Origin: Bdellovibrionales bacterium
Lineage (GTDB): Bacteria > Bdellovibrionota > Bdellovibrionia > Bdellovibrionales > CAYMLA01
Reading direction: 5' to 3'
Length of the DNA: 64,000 nucleotides
NCBI GenBank assembly: GCA_965217115.1
Contig: OZ244239.1
Span: 2,096,784 to 2,160,783 of the forward strand
This document shows, piece by piece, positions 28,563-37,867 of the stretch. The translations under genes were made by a program, and so were the position numbers. The notes under the pieces were generated by a model. It made no database searches. It was not told where the DNA came from and was given only the letters and a program-made list of their open reading frames with translations. Each line of letters begins with the position of its first letter. Within the stretch, counting starts at the first letter, position 1.

Positions 28563-31393
28563 CAATTCAATCCGAAAATACCCTAGAGAATTTGCTTATT
28601 GAGCAGTTGGTGTCATTGGAATACGAAAAAGTGTCAGCGAACACCGAAGAGAAGCTATTGGTTAATTTAAAGACCCAGTTGGAAAAACACAACAAAACGA
28701 CCTTTAGCGGGATTGAGTTTAAGCGCATTATGAACCACCTTAGCAGGGGTAGTGTTTTTGAGAAATCCAAGATTCTTAGAGACAAGTTTGTGCTTAATCG
28801 AGAAGATGGAACTAAGAGCTATATCAATTTTTTAGATAGCACACACTGGTGTCAGAACTTATTTCAAGTCACCAGTCAAGTCACCATTGAGGGGAAATAC
28901 AAAAACCGTTACGATGTAACTCTTCTAATAAACGGTCTTCCCCTTGTGCAAATCGAGTTAAAGCGCAGAGGGTCAGAACTTAAAAAAGCTTTTAATCAAA
29001 ATAACCGTTATCAAAGGCACTCTTTCCATGCCAATAGTGCCTTATTCGGGTATGTGCAAATATTTGTCATTTCAAATGGAGTCAATACTAAGTACTATGC
29101 CAATAATAGAGATCAATCTTTTAAACAAACTTTTTTCTGGGCTGATAAAGACAACAGAAACATAACAAACCTGAATAAATTCACAGGGAGTTTCTTAGAG
29201 AGATGTCATATCTCAAAAATGATCTGTAGATATATCGTTTTAGCCGAGAGTGATAAAAGACCTATGGTTTTGCGTCCATATCAGTACTACGCCACTGAAT
29301 TGATTCTTGATAGAGTGGTTAACTCCAATAGAAATGCTTACATCTGGCACACCACGGGGAGTGGAAAAACATTAACATCATTTAAAACTTCACAGTTACT
29401 AATGAAACTTCCGCAAGTGTATAAGGTGGTCTTTGTTGTAGATAGAAAGGATTTAGATTATCAAACCACTAAAGAATTTAATAGTTTTAGCAGTGGTAGC
29501 GTGGATGGCACAGACAACACCCAAGCCCTGGTGAGACAATTCAACGATGATACAAAACTCATTGTCACCACCATCCAAAAGCTAAATACGGCGATCAGTA
29601 AAGAGCGATATCTGTCCACCATGGAAAATTTAAAAGACAAGAACATCGTATTTATTCTCGATGAATGTCATCGTTCACAATTTGGAGAGACTCACCTAAA
29701 GATTACAAAGTTTTTCGAGAAAAGCCAGATGATTGGCTTCACAGGCACGCCGATATTTGCACAAAATGCTGTTGCCAATACGATTGGCAAGCGCACCACT
29801 GCCGATCTATTTGATAAATGCCTCCATAAATATGTCATCACTGACGCGATTGCTGACGATAATGTGTTGAAATTCTCCATTGAGTATGTCGGTAGATATA
29901 GACAAAGAGAAGGCAGTGCTAATAGTATTGATATTAAAGTTGAGAATATTGACACTAAAGAGGCACTAGAATCTGATGATAGATTAGAGAAAATCACAAA
30001 CTACATTATTGCAAACCATGGTCGTAAGACACATGCTAAAGATTTTAATGCCATGCTTGCTGTGAGCGGTATTTCGACACTAACAAAGTACTATGAGCTA
30101 TTTAAATCAAAAAAGGAAAGGGGTGAGCATAATCTAAAAATAGCAACCATCTTTAGTTACAGTGCCAATGAGGATGATAAAGACGCTGATGGTATTCCTG
30201 AATCAGAGGGCGCAAATGTTGATGAGGCCAATATTAATCAGCACAGTCGAGATAAATTAGAGAGTTATATTGAAGATTACAACCAGTTATTTGGCACGAA
30301 GTTTACCACCAAGGAGTCGCAGAGTTATTATAACTATTATAATGACATTGCTAAACGAGTAAGAAACAGGGAAATTGATATTTTGCTAGTGATTAATATG
30401 TTTTTGACAGGTTTTGATAGCCCTACACTTAACACCCTGTATGTGGATAAAAAGTTAAAGTATCATGGACTCATTCAAGCCTTTTCACGGACCAATAGGA
30501 TTGTGGCTGAAAAGAAATCCCAAGGAAATATTGTAAGTTTTAGAAATCTTAAAGAGGCCACCGATGAAGCGATCACCCTATTCTCAAATAAGGATGCCAG
30601 AGAGAAAATATTGATTCAGCCTTATGAGGAGTATGTCGAGTTGTTTAACAAAGCATTTGCAACCCTACTGGGCATAGCACCCAGTGTTAATAGCGCGGGT
30701 GCCTTAGTGACTAAGGAAGAGCAGCTAAAATTCATTAAAGCCTTTAGAGAGTTGATGCGGCTAAAGAATGTTCTCTCTGGATTTAGTGATTTTAATTTCT
30801 CAGATTTATCTATGGGAGAGCAGCAGTTCGAGGATTACAAGTCTAAGTATCTCGATTTGTATGAGGCAGTTAAGTACAGTATGGAGGATAACAGAGTATC
30901 TATACTTGATGATGTGGATTTTGAACTGGACCTCCTCCACAGAGATGAAATCAATGTGGATTATATATTGAAGCTTCTTACTGAATACAATGGAAGCACA
31001 GAAGAACAATGGGATGAGAAGAAGGAAAATATTTTTAATCTCATATCTGGCCAAGAACACTTAAGGTCTAAGAGAGAATTAATTGAAGAATTTATCGACA
31101 ATAACTTAATAAATATCTCTAACGGAGATGATATTGAGACTGAGTTTAATAAATTCTGGGAGGAACAGAAATCAAAGGAACTTACTGAGTTATGCGATGA
31201 AGAGAATTTAGACAAGCCTCGCGTTAAGAGCCTTATCGAAACCTACATCTACGATCAACGTGAGCCACTGGGCGATGATATCGCTAAAACACTACAAACC
31301 AAATTCAAATTACTAGAGCGACAAAAAGTGATCTCAAGGGTCCTTAATATGCTCATGAAGCATATTGAAAAATTCTATAACGCAAAGACCTGA
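28559..31393 (+). CDS. hsdR: Type I restriction endonuclease R subunit
   Basis: The N-terminal PD-(D/E)xK motif is RYDVTLLINGLPLVQIELKR. The helicase motifs are HTTGSGKTLTSF (I), ILDECHRSQ (II, DEAH-like), GFTGTP (III) and QAFSRTNR (VI). Confidence 0.9.
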   Translation: MTIQSENTLENLLIEQLVSLEYEKVSANTEEKLLVNLKTQLEKHNKTTFSGIEFKRIMNHLSRGSVFEKSKILRDKFVLNREDGTKSYINFLDSTHWCQNLFQVTSQVTIEGKYKNRYDVTLLINGLPLVQIELKRRGSELKKAFNQNNRYQRHSFHANSALFGYVQIFVISNGVNTKYYANNRDQSFKQTFFWADKDNRNITNLNKFTGSFLERCHISKMICRYIVLAESDKRPMVLRPYQYYATELILDRVVNSNRNAYIWHTTGSGKTLTSFKTSQLLMKLPQVYKVVFVVDRKDLDYQTTKEFNSFSSGSVDGTDNTQALVRQFNDDTKLIVTTIQKLNTAISKERYLSTMENLKDKNIVFILDECHRSQFGETHLKITKFFEKSQMIGFTGTPIFAQNAVANTIGKRTTADLFDKCLHKYVITDAIADDNVLKFSIEYVGRYRQREGSANSIDIKVENIDTKEALESDDRLEKITNYIIANHGRKTHAKDFNAMLAVSGISTLTKYYELFKSKKERGEHNLKIATIFSYSANEDDKDADGIPESEGANVDEANINQHSRDKLESYIEDYNQLFGTKFTTKESQSYYNYYNDIAKRVRNREIDILLVINMFLTGFDSPTLNTLYVDKKLKYHGLIQAFSRTNRIVAEKKSQGNIVSFRNLKEATDEAITLFSNKDAREKILIQPYEEYVELFNKAFATLLGIAPSVNSAGALVTKEEQLKFIKAFRELMRLKNVLSGFSDFNFSDLSMGEQQFEDYKSKYLDLYEAVKYSMEDNRVSILDDVDFELDLLHRDEINVDYILKLLTEYNGSTEEQWDEKKENIFNLISGQEHLRSKRELIEEFIDNNLINISNGDDIETEFNKFWEEQKSKELTELCDEENLDKPRVKSLIETYIYDQREPLGDDIAKTLQTKFKLLERQKVISRVLNMLMKHIEKFYNAKT

Positions 31394-31477
31394 TTACTCC
31401 TAAAAAAAAGTCGAAGCCCAAACTGAGGCAGGGTCAAAGTTTATGGAGATATGCAAGAAAATAGTCACAGATACTAT

Positions 31478-33379
31478 TTAGGTGTCATTATTTTTTATAT
31501 CTACTGGGTTAGACCAAATTTTTTCTAAATTTACAGTGTCGCTATTTGGCTGATTAGCTTTATCTAAGAGATCTATAGTGGTCTTCACAGGTAAATTTGT
31601 TGCTACTCCAGCAAAAAAACAACTTCCAACTGATAAAATAGGTATGGATTCAAAAGATAGCTTGTCTAAGTAAGCAACGGCTTTATGAATTGCATTTATA
31701 TCAGAATCATTTAATAATTTGTGAATGAAATAATTATGCAACTGTGAAATCATTGTGGTTGATATATCCTGTGGCCTCTGGCTGGCGATGGTTAAAAATG
31801 TATTAAATTTTCTACCCTCTTTGATAATCTCCTCAAATATTTCTAATCTGTAATCTTTCCAACTTTCGCTCTCTCGTGCTGATTTATCCGATAGGATATT
31901 GTGAGCTTCATCAATGATCAAATGTAATGATTTTTCTTTAAAATCTTTGTCTGCCTTATGAGTTTCATATAATTTTTTGATTATCAACAATGGCAATGTT
32001 TTTTTGATTTCTGTATTAACATCCTTCAAGTTAATAATGATTAAGTTTTTTTTATCAAAGATATCGGAGTCACTTCCTGTATTTAAAACTTTTTCAATAT
32101 CTTTTTGCTTGCTCTTTAGTTTGTTGATAGCTGGCGCAATATGGTCATTTTGAGCTTTATCATTATAAACGTCATAAATTATTTGCAAATACAGGAAATG
32201 TATAAATTTTGATATAGAATCTTTTGGGAACTCATAAGTGTCAATTCTTCTATATATGTCTAACTCTTCAATATCATTATCAACTAGCTTGTGTCGGGGG
32301 TTACCATAATTATTTGGAATAAACCCTTTAGGATCTACTCCTGATCCACCACCATGCCATTCTAATCTAGCAAATATTTCTTCATCAGTTTTTTTTATTA
32401 TATTTTCGAAATAGTCAAGTAATGTAAAAGCCTTATCTTTTAAGATCATGCGGTAGATTTTTTTTAGCTCAGATCTTAATGAATTTTTGAAATGGTTTAA
32501 AGATTCGTTATGCACTTTGTGTACACGTTTATATAATCTGATAGTTCTTTCTATAAAAGGCTTCTGTGTTTTTTCTGTTGCATTTGCTAAAATTGAAAGT
32601 AACTCAATGTCAATTAAATCTTTTTCATGTAATGGAATTTTATCTTCCCCGTTCTCTGTTGCTGTGCTTAGAGTATAAACTTTTTTATTCTCTGTGATAA
32701 TTTGATCTTGGTCCTCATCCTCATCTTTTCCACCATACTCGCCGTTAAAATCTATAATTACAAACCGAGATTTTTCCTTAAAATCGTCACGTTCCTCCAT
32801 GAGCTTAAAAAGTTCATAGTATATTTTTGCTAGAGTATGGGATTTCCCACTTCCAGTATTACCAAAAATACCGATGTGGCTTGCAAATAGTTGGTTAATA
32901 GATACTTTTATTTTTTGTGCAGGTTCATCTGACAGAGAGCCGATAGTAATCGTTTTTTCATCTTCTCTATGGAACTGATGCAGTTGACGAAATTCATCTC
33001 TGTCGAGTAAATAACAATCATTGTCAACAAGTGGCATTTCTTTTATACCTTGCCTAAACTTACTTCCTTCAAAATAACCAGCTAATGAAACTTCTAAAAA
33101 CCGCTCAATATTATCCTCTTCCTTGTTATATTCTTTATGAGTAACTGCTTTAGTCCCTATAGATTCACCTTCAATTTTACCAATAATATTAGTAAATCCC
33201 TTGGTTATTTTAATGTAACTATTAACGGAGATATTTTTTAAGACTTGACCATCAAATAAGAGATGAGATGCATTTTTGTTTTTATTAACCTTAATTCTAA
33301 CAGATCTACCAGAGATGGAGTGGACTGAGCCAACTATAAAAACTGACTCCCTCTTTAATTGACTCTTGACATCACGCAT
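31478..33379 (-). CDS. HerA-like (DUF87) ATPase, partner of the SIR2 protein
   Basis: Walker A GIFGNTGSGKSHT and Walker B HLIIDEAHNIL. ATG at 33379 overlaps the SIR2 stop by 8 nt (an alternative ATG lies at 33403). Confidence 0.75.
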   Translation of the reverse strand: MRDVKSQLKRESVFIVGSVHSISGRSVRIKVNKNKNASHLLFDGQVLKNISVNSYIKITKGFTNIIGKIEGESIGTKAVTHKEYNKEEDNIERFLEVSLAGYFEGSKFRQGIKEMPLVDNDCYLLDRDEFRQLHQFHREDEKTITIGSLSDEPAQKIKVSINQLFASHIGIFGNTGSGKSHTLAKIYYELFKLMEERDDFKEKSRFVIIDFNGEYGGKDEDEDQDQIITENKKVYTLSTATENGEDKIPLHEKDLIDIELLSILANATEKTQKPFIERTIRLYKRVHKVHNESLNHFKNSLRSELKKIYRMILKDKAFTLLDYFENIIKKTDEEIFARLEWHGGGSGVDPKGFIPNNYGNPRHKLVDNDIEELDIYRRIDTYEFPKDSISKFIHFLYLQIIYDVYNDKAQNDHIAPAINKLKSKQKDIEKVLNTGSDSDIFDKKNLIIINLKDVNTEIKKTLPLLIIKKLYETHKADKDFKEKSLHLIIDEAHNILSDKSARESESWKDYRLEIFEEIIKEGRKFNTFLTIASQRPQDISTTMISQLHNYFIHKLLNDSDINAIHKAVAYLDKLSFESIPILSVGSCFFAGVATNLPVKTTIDLLDKANQPNSDTVNLEKIWSNPVDIKNNDT

Positions 33380-34487
33380 CGCTGCTATCCTCTTTTGTGG
33401 CATTCATTTTTTTAAATATTTGATCAGTTATTCTTTCTAAACCATAGTTATCTCCATTTTTAGGTGCGATAATTTTTATATTATGATTTTTTGATGTCTC
33501 CATTAATTCGTTAAGATATGCTCCACTGTCCTCTGAATAAGAAAAAACATACACTTGCAACGTTGGATTTGATCTTGCTGCTCTTTTCGTGATCTCTTTA
33601 ATATGTTGGTCCTTCATTGAGAAACCAATGACAAATAGGACAGAATTTTCTTTCTCCAATTCATTAGAATATGAGCGTAACAGTTCATAGTAGTATTTGT
33701 TTAAAACTGTCTCAGAGAACTTAGTCTCTTCAGGGTTAACAACAAGGATCTTTTTTTGATATTCTTTTAGGAAAGTTCTTTTTTTCTTTATTAAAGAACG
33801 CTCAAAATGAGACAAGTCTGAAGATAAATATATTTTCCTATTCTCATTGTTGAGATCAGACTCGTTATATTTCCAATTAACAGAGCCGTGAATTTTAAAA
33901 ATATTAAATATAGGGATTTCAGAACGTTTATCAAAATGTTGACTTCTTTGTATAATTGATTGCTTAAAATTACTCAAATCAAAAACAGGGTTCATTTTAC
34001 CTAGAAAGCCATCATTATAATGAATTTCTAAATCTTCTAATACTTTTTCAAAAAAAATATCAATATTTGTCGTGAATATATTTACCTGTCGTCCTATTAC
34101 AGTTGTTTTTCTATCTAGAATGAGCTTTGATAGAGTCGTAAGGAAATTCATATAGTTCCTGTACGTTATCCATAAGCTTATCTTGTTGGGCTCAGCTTCT
34201 TCTTGTAATTTATCGTGTCTATATTTAGAGCAGGGCTCTTTGAAATCATATGAAATTATATATTTATTTGGAAGCATCACTTTTTCAAAATACTCTTTGT
34301 ATTTATCTGATTTTTCGACTGCCTTTTTTGCGTTATTTATATCGTGCTCAATATTATTTAACGTCGGAAGGCATGGCTGAGATATGCCTGATCCCATTAA
34401 GAAATTAATATTTGCACTAGCAAATATGTCTTTGAACCTTGGCAATAAATGCTCTAATTCATCTTGAGTATTATCCTCGTCACTCAC
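33372..34487 (-). CDS. SIR2-like (SIR2_2) domain protein of a SIR2-HerA defense pair
   Basis: NFLMGSGISQPCLPT (Rossmann Gly loop), FKIHGSVNW and FVIGFSMKDQHI are typical of defense-associated SIR2_2 proteins. The GTG start at 34487 is preceded by AAAGGTGG (the track start is 34496). Confidence 0.75.
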   Translation of the reverse strand: MSDEDNTQDELEHLLPRFKDIFASANINFLMGSGISQPCLPTLNNIEHDINNAKKAVEKSDKYKEYFEKVMLPNKYIISYDFKEPCSKYRHDKLQEEAEPNKISLWITYRNYMNFLTTLSKLILDRKTTVIGRQVNIFTTNIDIFFEKVLEDLEIHYNDGFLGKMNPVFDLSNFKQSIIQRSQHFDKRSEIPIFNIFKIHGSVNWKYNESDLNNENRKIYLSSDLSHFERSLIKKKRTFLKEYQKKILVVNPEETKFSETVLNKYYYELLRSYSNELEKENSVLFVIGFSMKDQHIKEITKRAARSNPTLQVYVFSYSEDSGAYLNELMETSKNHNIKIIAPKNGDNYGLERITDQIFKKMNATKEDSSDA

Positions 34488-34581
34488 TTGAACCACCTTT
34501 CTGTTGTTTTCATAAAATAAAAAGAGACCAAAATTTTAATGACACAATTCAAAAAATAAATTGCCATCAGATAAAAATCTG

Positions 34582-34986
34582 TTAAATAATTAGGATAACT
34601 AAGGCTAAAAAGATAATTTCTATTAAATAAAAAATAGAGAGCGTTAAAGAAAGAATTGCACTAATCCATTTGTTGTTTTTTCTAGTTAATTCAGAGAGGG
34701 TGTTCATTTTAAAATTGGTGGTTTCTTGCTTGCGGACATCATCATAGATACATCTAAAAAACCTTTCTTGCCAAAGAAAATAACCATCTAGTATCCAGAA
34801 CCCTAGTATCGGGATAAAAAAACAAGTTAAAATATAAGAAGAGTTATCTTGTTTTGATATGAGTAAAATAGCCCCAGTAAGAAGCCCCATACTCCATGAT
34901 TTTATATAAAAAGAATTTTGAGCGAGCCTGTTTATGATGCCTTGTATGAACTCTAAATGTTTTATTACCATCTCATTATCAGTCAC
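34582..34986 (-). CDS. Small 3-TM membrane protein, translationally coupled to the upstream TIR-like gene
   Basis: GTG start 1 nt after the TIR-like stop (TGAAGTG). It has an amphipathic N-terminal helix and hydrophobic segments WSMGLLTGAILLI, YILTCFFIPILGFWILDGYFLW and WISAILSLTLSIFYLIEIIFLALVILII. I recognised no family. Confidence 0.5.
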   Translation of the reverse strand: MTDNEMVIKHLEFIQGIINRLAQNSFYIKSWSMGLLTGAILLISKQDNSSYILTCFFIPILGFWILDGYFLWQERFFRCIYDDVRKQETTNFKMNTLSELTRKNNKWISAILSLTLSIFYLIEIIFLALVILII

Positions 34987-34987
34987 T

Positions 34988-35638
34988 TCAAACCTCTTTA
35001 CAAAGATCGTACTCTTCTTTTTTATCTCTTATACTGATGGCCTTATTTATATAACAATCTGTATCATTAATAAAATCCTTCCATTCAATACTTTTAATGT
35101 ATGAACCTTTCCTATATTTACAATGTTTACACCTAGCTGTATGTTTCTTTTTTCGATTGAACATATTATTCTTTAAAATTCCGAATAAACGACTTGTTCT
35201 AAGAGTTCGAAGATTACAGTGGGCGCAAGTATTTTCTCTGATAAAGTAAGCATATTCTTCATTTGAGTCAGGTAAAACAACAGCAAGTATAGCATTAGTT
35301 TGGCTTGTCACGTCGTTTCTGGTAACCTTTTTTAATGAATAAGCTATCTCCCAAGGAATCCATTGATCATCTTCAGGCTTAGAATCTTCTTTCATATTTG
35401 GGGATATCAAAACGATAGTTACGCTGCTATCATAAATCTTATCTTTTAAGCGAGATTCAATAGTTTCATCCTTAAAATGACTTAGATCCTCATTGCCTTC
35501 TCCTTTATAAATGTCATTAGTAAAACAGTTCTCCTCAAGATAATCTACGTAATCACGGGCAGTGCCATGACGTCCTTCTGGTAATTTGTAAACATCGTTA
35601 TCGCGATATTTATATGAAACAAATATTTTTCGCGCCAT
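34988..35638 (-). CDS. TIR-like domain protein (DUF1863 / ThsB-like) with a C-terminal Cys-rich, zinc-ribbon-like segment
   Basis: RKIFVSYKYRDND at the N-terminus, SSVTIVLISPN, and WIPWEIAYSLK (a conserved Glu context) fit, from memory, the MTH538/DUF1863 TIR-like pattern. The Cys segment is CAHCN...CKHCK. RBS GGAG lies 7 nt upstream of the ATG. Confidence 0.6.
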   Translation of the reverse strand: MARKIFVSYKYRDNDVYKLPEGRHGTARDYVDYLEENCFTNDIYKGEGNEDLSHFKDETIESRLKDKIYDSSVTIVLISPNMKEDSKPEDDQWIPWEIAYSLKKVTRNDVTSQTNAILAVVLPDSNEEYAYFIRENTCAHCNLRTLRTSRLFGILKNNMFNRKKKHTARCKHCKYRKGSYIKSIEWKDFINDTDCYINKAISIRDKKEEYDLCKEV

Positions 35639-35972
35639 TTCATCGCTCCGTTTTTATTTTACTGTTTTGCCTGTGAATCTCAACCTTTGAGTGTTTGCTT
35701 GATATTACATGCCCAGCTGCATTCCCACCAGAATATTATTGAAATTCCATAGGAGTGTCTCTTTTCAGTGCAAGGTTTTATTGGAGAATCGTCATTGCAG
35801 GAACACAGTATGAATATCGAAATTGAAACGGGTGCTAGGGAAACACCAAGACGCCTCATATTGATATTAAAAGCAACCCTGCACACAGAGGGGAATAGTT
35901 ATTAAGGCATCTCTACTTTTATCCGATGAATCTAGGGTGAGAGTTGTTAGTTGATTTGGGAGAGAGAGTTAG

Positions 35973-36965
35973 ATGTTTTCTAGGAAAGTTTTAATGGGGT
36001 TGTTTTTAAGTCTTTTTTTTGGATTTGTTGTGTTTGCAGATCTTAAGGAGACTGAGGTCACTCAAAAAGATCCCCTACAAGGTGATGTGGGGGCTCAGTA
36101 TCATTTAGGGCTTATGTACTATGGCGGGCAAGGGATTCCAAGGAATCATAAAACAGCTAGAGGTTTGTTCAAAAAAGCGGCCCTTCAAGGTTATGCTCCA
36201 GCTCAGAATAGCTTAGGGATTATGTACAATAGAGGGCATGGCGTCCTAAAGAATTATAAAAAAGCGGCGGCTTTGTACAGAAAGGCAGCCCTCCAAGGCT
36301 TTGTTCAAGCTCAGTATAATTTAGGGGTTATGTACTACAATGGGCAAGGCGTTCCAAAGAATTATAAAAAAGCGGCGGCTTTGTACAGAAAGGCAGCCCT
36401 CCAAGGCTTTGTTCGAGCTCAGTATAATTTAGGGGTCATGCACTATGCTGGGGAAGGTGTTCCAAAGAGTTATAAGAAAGCCATCGGTTTGTACAAAAAG
36501 TTAGACCTTCAAGGTTATGCTCAAGCTCAGTACAATTTAGGGGTGATGCACTATAGTGGGGAAGGCGTTCCAAAGAATTATAAAAAAGCGATGGCTTTGT
36601 ACAGAAAAGCAGCCCTCCAAGGTCATGCTCCAGCTCAGTATAATTTAGGGTCCATGCACTATGGTGGGCAAGGCGTTCCAAAGAATTATAAAACAGCCGC
36701 AGGTTGGTACAAAAAATCAGCTCTCCAAGGCGATCCCAAATCTCAGTATAATCTAGGGGTGATGCATATTGAAGGGCAGGGCGTTTCAGAGAACTATATC
36801 ACAGGCTATGCTTGGCTATTTATAGCTGCATCAAGAAAGTATCCGGCGGCGAGTCATCTTTTAAATATTTTAGAAAAGGAAATGACAAAGTCACAGATAG
36901 TTAATGCTCAGAAGCTACTCTCAAAATTAAAGTCAAAGTCCAGAAATTTGAATTCTCTAAAATAA
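35973..36965 (+). CDS. Secreted Sel1-like (SLR) repeat protein
   Basis: Signal peptide plus about 7 tandem 36-aa units, AQYNLGVMYYNGQGVPKNYKKAAALYRKAALQG. The units starting at 36252 and 36360 are near-identical at the DNA level (period 108 bp). Confidence 0.85.
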   Translation: MFSRKVLMGLFLSLFFGFVVFADLKETEVTQKDPLQGDVGAQYHLGLMYYGGQGIPRNHKTARGLFKKAALQGYAPAQNSLGIMYNRGHGVLKNYKKAAALYRKAALQGFVQAQYNLGVMYYNGQGVPKNYKKAAALYRKAALQGFVRAQYNLGVMHYAGEGVPKSYKKAIGLYKKLDLQGYAQAQYNLGVMHYSGEGVPKNYKKAMALYRKAALQGHAPAQYNLGSMHYGGQGVPKNYKTAAGWYKKSALQGDPKSQYNLGVMHIEGQGVSENYITGYAWLFIAASRKYPAASHLLNILEKEMTKSQIVNAQKLLSKLKSKSRNLNSLK

Positions 36966-37095
36966 AATATTAATTGATCCTTCTTGAACATCTGGGGGTG
37001 GGTTGTTCCGACTGAGTGATATATCAAAAAAAAGAGGATTTCTCGGGGAAATATTGGATAAAAGAAGTTTATGACAAAAGCCCCCCCTTGGGCGA

Positions 37096-37500
37096 CTAAA
37101 GGTGAATATTAAGGGTTAGTGGCAAGTTATGCAAAATCTTTTTGAGTGTTTCTCCTGTAATGTTTGTGTACCCCTCGGCTTCATACCTAGAGATCATTCT
37201 TACTGGCACATCGACTTTTCTTGCGAAAGCCTCCTTTGTTAAGTTTTCTGCAATTCTATATTTGATAGGTAATAACAAGATTTCTTCAGGCGTATCTATT
37301 TTTATTGCTTTAAGCCCTTTAGAGCAAAGTTTTTCATACTCAGAGACATCATCTTCAAGTTTTTGCTTCAGAGCTTCTGTTTGGATAACAGAGGATTTTG
37401 CAAGAATATTTTTCGCTGATTTTCTCATTTCAATAAGAGACTCAGATAAAGAATCAATTTTTTTCTTAGCTGCATTTAGTTGTCGATCACTTGTAATCAT
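37096..37500 (-). CDS. HigA-like XRE-family HTH protein (putative antitoxin)
   Basis: The N-terminal helix is ITSDRQLNAAKKKIDSLSESL. The C-terminal HTH is LTKEAFARKVDVPVRMISRYEAEGYTNITGETLKKIL. The size and architecture are typical of HigA-type antitoxins. Confidence 0.55.
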   Translation of the reverse strand: MITSDRQLNAAKKKIDSLSESLIEMRKSAKNILAKSSVIQTEALKQKLEDDVSEYEKLCSKGLKAIKIDTPEEILLLPIKYRIAENLTKEAFARKVDVPVRMISRYEAEGYTNITGETLKKILHNLPLTLNIHL

Positions 37501-37510
37501 AATGCACTCC

Positions 37511-37867
37511 TTAAAGGTTTATTTGAATAATGCCTTTGGCCTCGCCATTTTTGTTAGTTTGAAAAAAATCAGGAAAAGGTTTGTTTGTACTTTTCTCCTT
37601 CTGTTCTGCAATAAAAAAGTCTAAACTATATTCTTTTAGAATGTTCTCTCTACATATTTGAGACTCTTCGGCAGAGCTAAAGTTCCAGAAGCTTTCATCG
37701 AGTAAATGTAGATTTTCTTCTTTCACTCCATTGATCTCCCAACAACCATCAATATCATTTGGTACCCCCTTAGCTGTGGTGAAACTTCCATGTTTCCACG
37801 ATTTTTTACCCACAGACTCTGCGGAAGAGGCACTTTTTTTATTTCTATCAGATGCTCCAAATTTCAT
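37511..37867 (-). CDS. Possibly N-terminally truncated DUF6932-like (nucleotidyltransferase-fold-like) protein; putative toxin partner
   Basis: From memory, HGSFTTAKGVPNDIDGCWEI resembles the GSFvTxKxxPnDiD signature. The ORF start lies inside the 3' end of the DUF262 gene (20-nt overlap), and the motif sits unusually close to the N-terminus. Confidence 0.3.
   Translation of the reverse strand: MKFGASDRNKKSASSAESVGKKSWKHGSFTTAKGVPNDIDGCWEINGVKEENLHLLDESFWNFSSAEESQICRENILKEYSLDFFIAEQKEKSTNKPFPDFFQTNKNGEAKGIIQINL

Noticed and set aside
35680-35886. A 68-aa ORF upstream of the TIR-like gene with a lipoprotein-like signal (MRRLGVSLAPVSISIFILCSC) and a 4-Cys mature part.
   Set aside because: It is tempting as a third gene of the TIR module. 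However, neither the GTG nor the internal ATG has a Shine-Dalgarno sequence, and the region could equally be a 5' UTR or promoter. It needs ribosome profiling or homolog conservation before it can be called.
36000-36965. Regular repeats of about 108 bp, and the tandem arrays at 57-64 kb, considered as possible CRISPR-like arrays.
   Set aside because: The repeats are in-frame protein-coding units (Sel1 repeats, paralogous genes). There is no short-repeat/unique-spacer organisation and there are no cas genes.
37142-37624. A 160-aa plus-strand ORF across the HigA-like and putative toxin genes.
   Set aside because: It is antisense to two better-supported ORFs, its sequence is Ser/Phe-rich and low-complexity, and it has no RBS.
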